Source of the DNA: Actinomycetota bacterium
GTDB lineage: Bacteria; Actinomycetota; Actinomycetes; Streptosporangiales; Streptosporangiaceae
NCBI GenBank assembly: GCA_021324595.1
Contig: JAJPIV010000048.1
Span: forward strand, 1,876-65,875
Reading direction: 5' to 3'
DNA: 64,000 nt
Positions 39,943-49,471 of the stretch are shown here, one piece after another. The notes beneath the pieces were generated by a model. That model was not told where the DNA came from. It ran no database searches and saw nothing but the letters and a program-made list of their open reading frames with translations. Both the position numbers and the translations under genes were made by a program. Each line of letters begins with the position of its first letter. Position 1 is the first letter of the stretch.

Positions 39943-41196
39943 TCAGCGCCGCGCGCCCACCTCGCGGGCGAGCAGGTCGTCGTAGGTCTCGCGGCGCACC
40001 CCGACCCTGGCCGTCCCGCCGTCGCAGAAGATCACCGGAGGGCGGAGCGCGCCGTTGTAGTTGTTCGCCATCGTGAAGCAGTACGCGCCGGTCACCGGAA
40101 CCACGACCAGGTCGCCGACCCTGGGGTCGGCGAGGGTGACGTCCGGGGTGATCACGTCCCCGGACTCGCAGTGCCGGCCGACCAGGTCCGCGGTGACCGG
40201 GCGGGCGTCCCAGCGGCCGACGACCAGCGGCGTGAACCGCTGGCCGTACAGGGAGTGCTCCAGGTTGTCCCCCATGCCGCCGTCCACTGCCACGTGCAGC
40301 GTGCCGGCGTCCTTCACCGTGACCACCCGGTACAGCGTGACGCAGGCCCGGGCGACCATCGAGCGGCCCGGCTCGACCAGGATCTCGATGTCGGTGCCCA
40401 GGTGCTTGTGGGCGGCGGCCACGAGCCGGCCGGCGTACTCATCCACCGAGGGGGCCGTGTCGCCGGGGCCGTACCGGACGCCCAGGCCCCCGCCGAAGTC
40501 GTAGACCTCGAACCGCTCCAGGCTCGCCAGCGCCTCCACCGCCGCCTCGAACTGCCCCACGTCGGTGATCTGCGACCCGATGTGGGCGTGCAGCCCGCGC
40601 AGGTCGGCCGCCGGCACCGCCCTCAGCCGTGCGATGGCCTCGGGGACGTGCTCGACCGGGACGCCGAACTTGGACCGCCTGCCGCCGGTCGCCAGGGCCG
40701 CGTGCGTGGCCGACTCGATGCCCGGGCTGACCCGCAGCAGCACCGGGACGGGCCGGGTGGCCAGCCGCTCGATCCGGTCGATGTCGTCGAAGCCGTCGAC
40801 CACGATGTAGCCGGCCCCGGCGGCGATCGCCGCCGCGATGTCGGCGTCGGACTTGGCGTTGCCGTGCAGGACGAGCGACCCCGGGTCGGCGCCGGCGGCC
40901 AGCGCGATCCGCATCTCGCCCTCCCCGACCACGTCACAGCCGAGTCCCGCGCGGGTGAGCACGCTGATCACCGACGCCGAGGGGAACGCCTTGACGGCGA
41001 AGCAGATCCGGCTGCGCGCGTGCCTGCCGGTGAACGCGGCCACGTACTCGGCGGCCCGGTCGCGCAGCGCCTGCTCGTCGATGACATAGGCGGGCGTGCC
41101 GAACTCACGGGCCAGCTCGGACAGAGCGCAGCCGCCGATCCGCAGGTCGTCGCCGTCGGCGCGGGCCGACGGCGGCAGAAGCGACAGGTCGGGCAT
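39943..41196 (-). CDS. lysA: Diaminopimelate decarboxylase family
   Basis: FGTPAYV, FAVKAF, HGNAKS, HAHIGSQ, GGG, EPGR, HCESGD, GAY..NYN. Confidence 0.85.
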   Translation of the reverse strand: MPDLSLLPPSARADGDDLRIGGCALSELAREFGTPAYVIDEQALRDRAAEYVAAFTGRHARSRICFAVKAFPSASVISVLTRAGLGCDVVGEGEMRIALAAGADPGSLVLHGNAKSDADIAAAIAAGAGYIVVDGFDDIDRIERLATRPVPVLLRVSPGIESATHAALATGGRRSKFGVPVEHVPEAIARLRAVPAADLRGLHAHIGSQITDVGQFEAAVEALASLERFEVYDFGGGLGVRYGPGDTAPSVDEYAGRLVAAAHKHLGTDIEILVEPGRSMVARACVTLYRVVTVKDAGTLHVAVDGGMGDNLEHSLYGQRFTPLVVGRWDARPVTADLVGRHCESGDVITPDVTLADPRVGDLVVVPVTGAYCFTMANNYNGALRPPVIFCDGGTARVGVRRETYDDLLAREVGARR

Positions 41197-41318
41197 GGAT
41201 GAGCCTCCGGGTAGGTCGGGGCGGTCAGGGGGATGGCCCGGAGCGGGCCGGGCAGTGCCCACCAGGCTACGCGCCGCCCCGGCCCGCCCGCGCCGCCCCT
41301 GCGGATGGCCGCGGCCGC

Positions 41319-41798
41319 TCAGCGCACGACGCCGACCAGGTAGCTGAGCTCGTGGAACGCGGCCAGCCGGGCCGAGCAGCGGACGGGCCCGGTCTTGCGC
41401 AGGCGGCCGCGGATCATCGTCCGGTAGGTCCCGGCCTCGCGCAGGCCGCGGTACCGGCCGGTCGCGCGGACCACCCGGAAGTCACCCACCTGCCGGATCG
41501 TGAAGCGGCAGGTCGACGGGTCCGGGCCGGTGATCGTCTCGCCCCGCGGCACGCGCCGGATCCGGATCCGTCCCGAGGGGAACACGATCGTCGCGGTCCG
41601 CCTGACGTAGTGACCCGTGGCGCGGAACGCGCCGCTCGCCGTCACGCGCGCGTGAAGCTGACTCGGCGAGCTGATCACGAACGTGAAGACCTCCCGGCCG
41701 TGGTAGGCCGGGGCCAGCGGGCGCGCCGCCGCCGGCCCCGTGCCGAGCAGCGCGATCGCCGTGGCCGCGGCCAGCGCCGCCGGCAGCCTCATCCGCAT
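41319..41798 (-). CDS. Secreted hypothetical protein, basic and beta-rich, 2 Cys
   Basis: Signal peptide MRMRLPAALAAATAIALLG..AAA; AAGGAGG RBS. Confidence 0.7.
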   Translation of the reverse strand: MRMRLPAALAAATAIALLGTGPAAARPLAPAYHGREVFTFVISSPSQLHARVTASGAFRATGHYVRRTATIVFPSGRIRIRRVPRGETITGPDPSTCRFTIRQVGDFRVVRATGRYRGLREAGTYRTMIRGRLRKTGPVRCSARLAAFHELSYLVGVVR

Positions 41799-41810
41799 CG
41801 GGTGCTCCCT

Positions 41811-41855
41811 CCTTGCCCGGTCCGCCCTTGCCCGGTCCGCCCTTGCCCGGTCCGC
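41811..41855. repeat. 15-bp perfect tandem repeat x3
   Basis: CCTTGCCCGGTCCGC three times, intergenic. Confidence 0.9.
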
Positions 41856-41877
41856 GCGGCAGGATCGCCGCGGGACG

Positions 41878-42621
41878 TCACTGAGCCGCCCACCACGCCA
41901 GCGCCGCGCCCGCCATGGCGAGCAGGACGAGCCCGTCCAGCCTGCGCCAGCGGACCACCCGGAGCAGCAGCCCCAGGTGCGCGGCGGGATCCCCGGCGAG
42001 CCCCGGCGCCCCGGGCGGCCCCTCCCGGCCGCAAGCCCGCAGCCCGCGCACGTCGCGCAGCAGGGCGCCGGCCCGTGCCGACCCGTGGGCGAGGCCGATC
42101 GCGGCGGCCAGCCACAGCCCGGCCACCGGGCCCGGCATCGCCGGGATCGCGGCGGGCAGGACCGCGAACCCCGCGTAGGGGTTCCGGGTGAGGAAGCCGG
42201 GGCCGAGGATCGCGCCCCAGACCAGCGCCCGCCGCCGGGGCGACGCGCCGATCATGAACTCCTGCGGCACCTGCCAGCGCCGGCCGGGCGGAGCCGGCCC
42301 GGGCCTGCCGGAGAGCTCCGCGGCGCCGTACCAGGCCGCGTAGGCGACCACGACCGCCAGGGCCAGCCACCGCGGCCACGGCCGCGCCGCCGCCGGCAGC
42401 GCGGCGGCCGGCAGCGACAGCGCGGCTCCCAGGAGGAGCCAGGCGATCACCGCGGGCACCGTGTAGGCGCTCAGGACCAGCGCCGGGCCGCTGAGCCTGC
42501 CGACCGGCAGGCCGGCCGCCAGCGAGGCGGCCGAGTTCGCGCCTCAAGGGGAGTACGCCTTGGAGTATCCGTTGACGGCCGCGAGCAGCACCACCACCGC
42601 GGCCAGGATCGCGGCGGTCAC
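41878..42621 (-). CDS. MauF-like membrane protein with in-frame TGA at codon 26 (candidate selenocysteine)
   Basis: The GTG at 42621 overlaps the upstream stop. It reads MTAAILAAVVVLLAAVNGYSKAYSP-[TGA 42546-42544]-GANSAASL and stays in frame into the 193-aa ORF (RRWQVP, WGAILGPGFLT). Confidence 0.7.
42495..42533 (-). promoter_or_regulatory. Candidate SECIS-like hairpins downstream of the in-frame TGA
   Basis: CGGCCGCC-UCGCU-GGCGGCCG starts 11 nt after UGA; GCCUGCCG-GU-CGGCAGGC follows directly. Confidence 0.4.
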
Positions 42622-43235
42622 CGCGGGCCTCCCGGAGCACCGCCGGCGGGCGCGCCGCCGGCTGCTGGCGCGGGGCCGCCTCCCGTCACGGGGCCGCCTC
42701 CCGTCACGGGGCCGCCGCCCGTCACGGGGCCGCCGCCCGTCACGGGGCCGCCGCCGTCGGCCTGCCCGGCGATCTGGAGGCGGCGCTGCTCGGCGCGGAT
42801 GTCCGCGGGAGTCTGGCAGCCGCAGCAGATGCACCGGGACAGGCAGGTGCACCAGCGCAGGCAGCCGCCGGGGCCGATGCAGTCGTAGCAGACCTTGTAG
42901 CCCAGGCCGCGGCCCAGGTTCATGCAGGCGATCCAGCTGCCCTGCGGCCACTCGCACCGATAGCCCTGGGCGTTGAAGCACTGGCTGGTGAACGAGCCCT
43001 TGCACAGGTGGTGGTGCGGCGGGCAGCCGACCTCCGGGCAGCCGTCGCAGCGCCGTGTCGGGCCGCACCAGCACTGGGCGGCCCGCGGGCGGCGCCCGGC
43101 GGCCAGCGCGGCCAGCCCGGCGGTCCCTCCGCCGACGGCGCGGCGCAGCGCGTCCCTGCGGCTCAGGCCGCGGGCCATCCGCTCGGCCAGCGAGCCGATC
43201 GCGGCGTCCAGGCCGGACAGCGGCCGGCGGCTCAC
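42618..43235 (-). CDS. Tat-signal, 18-Cys small protein resembling amine-dehydrogenase light chain (MauA)
   Basis: LSRRDALRR twin-arginine motif plus hydrophobic stretch; GCPP, GSWIAC and YDCIG motifs; GTGA overlaps at both ends. Confidence 0.8.
   Translation of the reverse strand: MSRRPLSGLDAAIGSLAERMARGLSRRDALRRAVGGGTAGLAALAAGRRPRAAQCWCGPTRRCDGCPEVGCPPHHHLCKGSFTSQCFNAQGYRCEWPQGSWIACMNLGRGLGYKVCYDCIGPGGCLRWCTCLSRCICCGCQTPADIRAEQRRLQIAGQADGGGPVTGGGPVTGGGPVTGGGPVTGGGPAPAAGGAPAGGAPGGPR
42671..42755. repeat. 18-bp tandem repeat (about 4.7 copies), encodes GGGPVT
   Basis: CGGGGCCGCC(T/G)CCCGTCA repeated in the C-terminal tail of the Cys-rich protein. Confidence 0.9.
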
Positions 43236-43882
43236 CGGGCGCCGCCTGCGCTGCCGATCGCGGCGACGCCCGGCCCGCGCGCGACAGCGCCCGGCCGCCC
43301 CGCCTCCGGCTCCCCGGCATCGCCGGCGGCCTCGGGCTCGCGGCACTGGCGGGCGAACGCCCGCACCTGGTCGAGGCGGACCACCGAGCCCGCCGCCCGG
43401 ACGATCCCCGCGGCGTCGACCGCCACCAGCAGCGGCGTGCCCGAGACCTGGTAGGAGTCCAGGCCGTCCCGCGCCGCGGGCCGTCCGATCTCCTCGGCCG
43501 TGGACTGGAACGGCCCGGAGATCGCCAGGTACTCCGGCGGGTCCGAGATCAGCAGCAGCACCCGCAGGCCGTCCAGGTCGCCTTCGGCCCGGGCGGCGCC
43601 GAGCGCCGCGACCAGCTCCTCGCAGGCGGGGCACGTCGGGTCGACGAAGCCGAGCAGGAGCGGCGTGCCGTCACCGGGCCGGACCCAGCGGACCTCCGGC
43701 TCCCCCGGCCTGGTGTAGGCCAGGGCCGCGGCCCGGGAGCCGGCCGGCGGGCCGAGCCCGGCCGCCTGGCCGTCCCCGGTGAGCAGCCGCCCGAGCTGCC
43801 GGAACAGGACGATCACGAGGACGCCCAGCGCGCACAGCAGCGCCCACTGGGCCACCACCACGTACAGCGGGACCTCGATCAC
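43232..43882 (-). CDS. MauD-like membrane-anchored thioredoxin-fold protein (CxxC)
   Basis: N-terminal TM ending LFRQLG, GPPAGSRA, FVDPTCPAC, YQVSGTP, VDAAGIVR. Confidence 0.82.
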   Translation of the reverse strand: MIEVPLYVVVAQWALLCALGVLVIVLFRQLGRLLTGDGQAAGLGPPAGSRAAALAYTRPGEPEVRWVRPGDGTPLLLGFVDPTCPACEELVAALGAARAEGDLDGLRVLLLISDPPEYLAISGPFQSTAEEIGRPAARDGLDSYQVSGTPLLVAVDAAGIVRAAGSVVRLDQVRAFARQCREPEAAGDAGEPEAGRPGAVARGPGVAAIGSAGGAR

Positions 43883-44418
43883 CGGGACCTCCCCATCCCG
43901 TCCGGGCCGCCGGCGGCCCGGCCAGCCTTCGCGGCGCTGTACGTCGCCGCGGCCACCAGCAGCGCGCCGCCTGCCAGGGCGAGCTGGCCGGGCAGCCCCA
44001 CCGCCGCGCCTGACCCGCGGCCCGGCGCGGCGACCAGCGCCGCCGCCAGCGCGATGAGCACGGCCCGGACCGTCGCGGCGCGGCCGAAGCCGCGCCGCGA
44101 CAGCGCGCCGAAGCAGCGGCACGGGCTCCCCGGGTGGCGCGCCTGGCCGATCGCCGAGACCGCGACCAGGCAGCACGCGATCGCCAGCACGGCAAGGTTC
44201 ACCCAGGCGGCGGTGCTGACGAGGCTGGCGCCGCCGGCCGTGAGCTCGGTGATCGCCGCCAGGCGGGCGGCGGCCCGCGACAGCCGCGCCGGGGTGCCCG
44301 GCGGGGCGAACAGGGCGACTGCGGCGCTGAACCCGCCGATGTCGGCGAGCTTCGCGGCGCCCGCGGCGAGCAGCAGCACGGCCAGGGCGGCCTTGAGGCC
44401 AAGGGCGATCAGCGTCAT
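43879..44418 (-). CDS. MauE/DoxX family membrane protein
   Basis: LLAAGAAKL, ITEL, PCRCFG (CxCFG motif). Confidence 0.85.
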   Translation of the reverse strand: MTLIALGLKAALAVLLLAAGAAKLADIGGFSAAVALFAPPGTPARLSRAAARLAAITELTAGGASLVSTAAWVNLAVLAIACCLVAVSAIGQARHPGSPCRCFGALSRRGFGRAATVRAVLIALAAALVAAPGRGSGAAVGLPGQLALAGGALLVAAATYSAAKAGRAAGGPDGMGRSR

Positions 44419-44421
44419 CGG

Positions 44422-45093
44422 TCACGCCCCGGGCCCGCCGGCCCGCGCCGCCGCTGGCCCGCGCAGCGGCCTGCGCCGGGCCGTCGGCGGCGGCCCGGCC
44501 GGCAGCGCGGCCACCTGGCGCAGCTTGGCGAGCTGCCAGTCATGGTTGACCAGGCTGGAGCCGCGCACGATCCCGCCCGAGTCCACGAAGATCGCGAATG
44601 GCATGACGCGGACGTTGTACCGGGCATACAGCGCCGGCGACCCGGCGACCACGGGGATCTCGGCGAGGCCGAGCTCGGCCAGGGCGGCCCGCGCCATCGC
44701 GGAGGGGCCGCGGGTCAGGACCACGATCTCGGGAGGCGCCGGGTCTCGGCCCGGGGCGGCGGCGAGCAGCTCCCGCAGGCCGTCGGCCACGGACGGGAAC
44801 GACCGCAGCGAATGATCGGTGAACATGATCAGCTGCAACGGGCCGCGCGGCGGCGACGTGCGGGGCCGGCCCGTCGCGTCCGCCAGCGTCCACGCGGGCG
44901 CGCGGCCCCCTCTGGGCAGCCCGTCCCGCTCCAGCGCCGCGGCTCCGGACAGCGCCACCTGGCCCAGCCCGAGCAGGGCGTACCCGCCGGCCGCGCACAG
45001 CAGCGCGGCGACCGCGAGGAACGCCAGCGCGCCGGTCATCGCCCGCGTGCCAGCACCGATCCGCCGCCATTCACCACCCGGGAATCCAATCAT
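44422..45093 (-). CDS. Second MauD-like thioredoxin-fold protein lacking CxxC (start uncertain)
   Basis: TM, DGLPRGGRAP, YNVRVMPFAIFVDSGGIVRGSSLVN; the CxxC position reads FTDHSLRSF. Confidence 0.75.
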   Translation of the reverse strand: MIGFPGGEWRRIGAGTRAMTGALAFLAVAALLCAAGGYALLGLGQVALSGAAALERDGLPRGGRAPAWTLADATGRPRTSPPRGPLQLIMFTDHSLRSFPSVADGLRELLAAAPGRDPAPPEIVVLTRGPSAMARAALAELGLAEIPVVAGSPALYARYNVRVMPFAIFVDSGGIVRGSSLVNHDWQLAKLRQVAALPAGPPPTARRRPLRGPAAARAGGPGA

Positions 45094-45166
45094 TGTGATT
45101 ATTCGGTGGTCAAGCGGGCGCGCTTGGCTCCCCGGGAACTCAGCGGCCGCGCGGGAGTAGTGCCCG

Positions 45167-45180
45167 GTGACCTTTGGCCT
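45167..45180. promoter_or_regulatory. DosR-like box upstream of usp-xfp-ackA
   Basis: GTGAC-CTTT-GGCCT, a degenerate match. Confidence 0.4.
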
Positions 45181-45249
45181 TGCCCCGCACGTGGGTACAC
45201 CGATGGAATGACGGGGGCGCGCAGTGGCGACCGGGACGGAGGAGCGACG

Positions 45250-45696
45250 GTGGTGGCCAACGAGGGAGAGCTGGTCGTGGTCGGCGTCGATGGGTCACCG
45301 GAGTCGGCCCGGGCGCTGGCCTGGGCGGCCAGGTACGCCAGGGCGGTGGGGGCCAGTGTGCGGGCGGTGCTGGCCTGGCACTACCCCGCGCCGGCCGGCC
45401 CGGCGCCGATCGGCGTGGCGCCGGCCGCGGTCACCTCGGAGGTGGAGCAGGCCAAGCTGGACGAGCTCCGCGCGGTGATCGCCGAGACGCTGGGCCAGTC
45501 GCCGCAGGTGCCGGTCGAGCCCAGGCTGGCCTACGGCCATCCGGCGCAGGTGCTGATCGCCGAGTCCGCCGGGGCCGACCTGCTCGTGGTCGGCAGCCGT
45601 GGCCACGGCGGGTTCACCGGGATGCTGCTCGGCTCGGTGAGCACGCACTGCGTCACCCACGCCGCGTGCCCGGTCACCGTGGTGCGCGCCCGGTGA
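45250..45696 (+). CDS. Universal stress protein
   Basis: [32 protein letters not shown]. Confidence 0.95.
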   Translation: MVANEGELVVVGVDGSPESARALAWAARYARAVGASVRAVLAWHYPAPAGPAPIGVAPAAVTSEVEQAKLDELRAVIAETLGQSPQVPVEPRLAYGHPAQVLIAESAGADLLVVGSRGHGGFTGMLLGSVSTHCVTHAACPVTVVRAR

Positions 45697-48179
45697 GCGC
45701 GCTCACGCAGGCTCAGGCCCGCGCGCTGGACGCCTACTGGCGCGCGGCGAACTACCTGTCCGCGGGCCAGATCTACCTGATGAGCAACCCGCTGCTCACC
45801 GAGCCGCTGCGCCCGGAGCACATCAAGCCGCGGCTGCTGGGGCACTGGGGCACCACGCCGGGCCTGAACTTCATCTGGGCGCACCTGGACCGGGTCATCT
45901 CGCTCGGCGACCTGAGCATGATGATCGTGATCGGCCCCGGCCACGGCGGCCCGGCGGCCCTGGCCAACACCTGGCTGGAGGGCAGCTACTCGGACGTCTA
46001 CCCGAGCGTGCCGCGGGATGCCACGGGGATGGCGATCCTCATGCGCCAGTTCTCGTTCCCCGGAGGGGTGCCGAGCCACGTCGCGCCGCAGACGCCCGGA
46101 TCGATCCACGAGGGCGGTGAGCTCGGCTACTCCCTCGCCCACGCGCACGGAGCGGCGTTCGACAACCCGGACCTGATCGTGGCGTGCGTGATCGGCGACG
46201 GAGAGGCCGAGACCGGGCCGCTCGCGGCGAGCTGGCACTCCAACAAGTTCCTGGACGCGGTGCACGACGGGGCCGTGCTCCCCATCCTCCACCTCAACGG
46301 CTACAAGATCGCCAATCCGGCCGTCCTGGCCCGGATCGGCGCGGAGGAGCTCGACGCGCTGCTGCGCGGCCACGGCTGGCGACCGTGGTACGTCGGCGGC
46401 GACGAGCCGATGGCGATGCACGAGCAGATGGCCGCCGCCCTCGACGAGGTCGTGGCGGAGATCCGGCGGATCCAGGCGGAGGCCCGGGGCGGCGGCGCGG
46501 GCCGGCGCGGCGGCGCGGGCCGGCGCGGCGCCCTGGGCGGGCGGGCCCGGCCGGCCTGGCCGATGATCGTGCTGCGCACCCCGAAGGGCTGGACCGGCCC
46601 GGGCGAGGTGGACGGCCTGCCGGTGGAGGGGACGTGGCGGTCCCATCAGGTGCCGCTCGGCGAGGTCCGGACCAACCCCGCCCACCTGGCCCAGCTTGAG
46701 CGGTGGCTGCGCTCCTACCGCCCCGGGGAGCTTTTCGACGAGCAGGGCCGCCCCCGCCCGGACCTGCTCGCCCTGGTGCCGGCCGGCGAGCGCCGACTCG
46801 GGATGAGCCCGCACGCGAACGGCGGCCTGCTGCTGCGCGACCTCGACCTGCCGGGCCCGCGCGAGCACGCGGTGGCGGTCGGGGCACCGGGGGCGCGCGC
46901 CTCGGCGCCGACCGAGGTGCTGGGCGCCATGCTCGCCGACGTCATGCGGCGCAACCTGCGGACGGGGAACTTCCGCGTCTTCGGCCCGGACGAGACCGCC
47001 TCCAACCGGCTCGGCGCTGTGATCGACGTCACCGGGAAGGCGTGGCAGGCGCAGGTGCTGCCGGTCGATGAGAACCTCGCGCCCGACGGCCGGGTCATGG
47101 AGATCCTCTCCGAGCACACCTGCCAGGGCTGGCTGGAGGGTTACCTGCTCACCGGCAGGCACGGGCTGTTCTCCTGCTACGAGGCGTTCATCCACATCGT
47201 CGATTCGATGGTGAACCAGCACATCAAGTGGCTGAAGGTGAGCCGCGGCCAGCCCTGGCGGCGTCCGGTCGCGTCGCTGAACTACGTCCTCGCCTCGCAT
47301 GTCTGGCGCCAGGACCACAACGGCTTCTCGCACCAGGACCCGGGCTTCATCGACCATGTCGTGAACAAGAAGGCCGAGGTGATCCGCGTCTACCTGCCGC
47401 CGGACGCGAACTGCCTGCTCGCCGTCGCCGATCACTGCCTGCGCAGCAGGAACCTGGTCAACGTGATCGTGGCGGGCAAGCACCCGACGCCCGACTGGCT
47501 GGACGCCGAGGCCGCGGTGCTGCACTGCGCCCGCGGCGCGGGAATCTGGGAGTGGGCGAGCAACGACCGGGTCAACCGCAGCGGCGTCGCCGAGCCGGAC
47601 GTGGTGCTCGCCTGCGCCGGCGACGTGCCCACGATCGAGGTCCTCGCCGCGACGAGCATCCTGCGCCAGCACCTGCCGGGCCTGCGGGTCCGGGTGGTCA
47701 ACGTCGTCGACCTGATGAAGCTGCAGCCGCCGTCGGAGCACCCGCACGGGATGAGCGACGCCGAGTACGACGCGCTGTTCACCCCCGACAAGCCGGTCAT
47801 CTTCGCCTACCACGGCTACCCGTGGCTCATCCACCGGCTCACCTACCGCCGCGCCGGCCACGACAACCTGCACGTGCGCGGGTACAAGGAGGAGGGCACC
47901 ACCACGACGCCCTTCGACATGCTCGTGCTGAACGACATGGACCGGTTCCACCTGGTGATGGACGTGATCGACCGGGTTCCCGGCCTGGGCCCGAAAGCGG
48001 CGGCCCTGCGCGGCGCGATGTGCGACGCCCGGGCCAGGCACACCCGCTGGATCCGCGAGCACGGCGAGGACATGCCCGAGGTCGCCCAGTGGACCTGGCC
48101 GGGATCCGCGCGCCGGCGGGCGGCCGACGCCGGGGCCAGGACCGCGGGGGGCCGCGCGCTGCACGTCCCGGTGCCGTGA
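45693..48179 (+). CDS. xfp: Phosphoketolase
   Basis: [50 protein letters not shown]. Confidence 0.96.
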   Translation: MSALTQAQARALDAYWRAANYLSAGQIYLMSNPLLTEPLRPEHIKPRLLGHWGTTPGLNFIWAHLDRVISLGDLSMMIVIGPGHGGPAALANTWLEGSYSDVYPSVPRDATGMAILMRQFSFPGGVPSHVAPQTPGSIHEGGELGYSLAHAHGAAFDNPDLIVACVIGDGEAETGPLAASWHSNKFLDAVHDGAVLPILHLNGYKIANPAVLARIGAEELDALLRGHGWRPWYVGGDEPMAMHEQMAAALDEVVAEIRRIQAEARGGGAGRRGGAGRRGALGGRARPAWPMIVLRTPKGWTGPGEVDGLPVEGTWRSHQVPLGEVRTNPAHLAQLERWLRSYRPGELFDEQGRPRPDLLALVPAGERRLGMSPHANGGLLLRDLDLPGPREHAVAVGAPGARASAPTEVLGAMLADVMRRNLRTGNFRVFGPDETASNRLGAVIDVTGKAWQAQVLPVDENLAPDGRVMEILSEHTCQGWLEGYLLTGRHGLFSCYEAFIHIVDSMVNQHIKWLKVSRGQPWRRPVASLNYVLASHVWRQDHNGFSHQDPGFIDHVVNKKAEVIRVYLPPDANCLLAVADHCLRSRNLVNVIVAGKHPTPDWLDAEAAVLHCARGAGIWEWASNDRVNRSGVAEPDVVLACAGDVPTIEVLAATSILRQHLPGLRVRVVNVVDLMKLQPPSEHPHGMSDAEYDALFTPDKPVIFAYHGYPWLIHRLTYRRAGHDNLHVRGYKEEGTTTTPFDMLVLNDMDRFHLVMDVIDRVPGLGPKAAALRGAMCDARARHTRWIREHGEDMPEVAQWTWPGSARRRAADAGARTAGGRALHVPVP

Positions 48180-49471
48180 CCCCTGGGCCCGCCGCCCCGG
48201 GCCCCGCGCCGGACGGCCCCGGCCTTCCGGTGCTGGTCGTCAACGCGGGATCGTCCAGCCTGAAGCTCTCGGTGGTCGCCGCCGACGGCACGCCCGCCGC
48301 GCGCGCCGACCTGGAGCGCTGGGACGGCGACCCGGACGCGCCGCAGGTCGGCCGCGCCCTGGCCCGCCTCGCCGGCGCGGCGCCGGCCGCGGTCGGGCAC
48401 CGCGTCGTGCACGGCGGCAGCGCGCTCGTCTCCCCGATGCCGATCGACGACGCGGTGCTCGCGCAGATCGCCGCGCTCACGCCGCTGGCCCCGCTGCACC
48501 AGCCGCGGGCCCTGGCCGGAATCGCCGCCGCCACGGCGGCCCTGCCCGGGCTGCCGCAGGTGGCCTGCTTCGACACCGCGTTCCATGCGACGATCCCGCC
48601 GGAGGCGGCCACCTACGCGCTGCCGGCCGACTGGCGGGAGCGGTTCGGGCTGCGCAAGTTCGGGTTCCACGGGCTGTCGCACGGGTACGCCTCCGCCCGG
48701 GCGGCGCGGCTCCTCGGGATCGCCGAGGGCGGCGCGTTCCGGGTGGTGACCTGCCACCTGGGCGCCGGCTCGTCGCTCGCCGCGGTCCGGGACGGCCGCA
48801 GCGTGGAGACCACCATGGGGTTCACGCCGCTGGACGGGCTCGTGATGGCGACCAGGTCCGGCAGCGTCGACCCCGGGCTGATCGCCTGGCTGGCAGACCA
48901 GGGGCGGATCCCCCCCGCCGAGCTGGCCGCCGGCCTGGAGCGCCGGTCCGGCCTGGCCGGCCTGGCCGGCCTGCCCGACGGCAGCGGGGACTTCAGGGCG
49001 GTCGCCGCCGCCGCCGAGCGCGGGGAGCCGGCGGCGCGCCTTGCGCTGGCGGTGCACGCCCACCGCCTCGTCGCGGCCGTCGCCGCGATGGCCGCGGCGA
49101 TGAACGGCCTCGACGCCCTCGTGTTCACCGGCGGGATCGGCGAGCACTTTCCGCCGCTGCGCGCCGCCGCCGCCGCCGGGCTCGCCTTCCTCGGCGTGCG
49201 CCTGGACCCGGAGCGCAACGCCGCCGCGCGCGCCGACGCGGACATCTCGGCCGACGGGGCGCGGGTGCGGACCCTGGTGGTGACGGCCCGGGAGGACGCG
49301 GAGATCGCGCGCCAGGTCGCCGGCGTGCTCGGCGCGGTCAGCGGCGGCTGGTCCAGCGCGGCCCCACCAGCGCCCACTCAAGCGCCCACAGCGACATCCG
49401 GCGCCGGTCCAGCCACCACCGGACCAGGCTCGCGACCAGCAGGAGCACGACGGCGAACCCGGCCAGCGTGA
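48176..49471 (+). CDS. ackA: Acetate kinase
   Basis: [45 protein letters not shown]. Confidence 0.94.
   Translation: MTPGPAAPGPAPDGPGLPVLVVNAGSSSLKLSVVAADGTPAARADLERWDGDPDAPQVGRALARLAGAAPAAVGHRVVHGGSALVSPMPIDDAVLAQIAALTPLAPLHQPRALAGIAAATAALPGLPQVACFDTAFHATIPPEAATYALPADWRERFGLRKFGFHGLSHGYASARAARLLGIAEGGAFRVVTCHLGAGSSLAAVRDGRSVETTMGFTPLDGLVMATRSGSVDPGLIAWLADQGRIPPAELAAGLERRSGLAGLAGLPDGSGDFRAVAAAAERGEPAARLALAVHAHRLVAAVAAMAAAMNGLDALVFTGGIGEHFPPLRAAAAAGLAFLGVRLDPERNAAARADADISADGARVRTLVVTAREDAEIARQVAGVLGAVSGGWSSAAPPAPTQAPTATSGAGPATTGPGSRPAGARRRTRPA

Noticed and set aside
42671..42755. Short repeats as a possible CRISPR array
   Set aside because: Head-to-tail units with no spacers and no cas genes; the same holds for 41811 and 63198.
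41878..45093. Calling the cluster a canonical methylamine dehydrogenase (mauFBEDA)
   Set aside because: No heavy chain, MauG or amicyanin/azurin gene in the window, and the small protein lacks the Trp108 region, so gene symbols were withheld.
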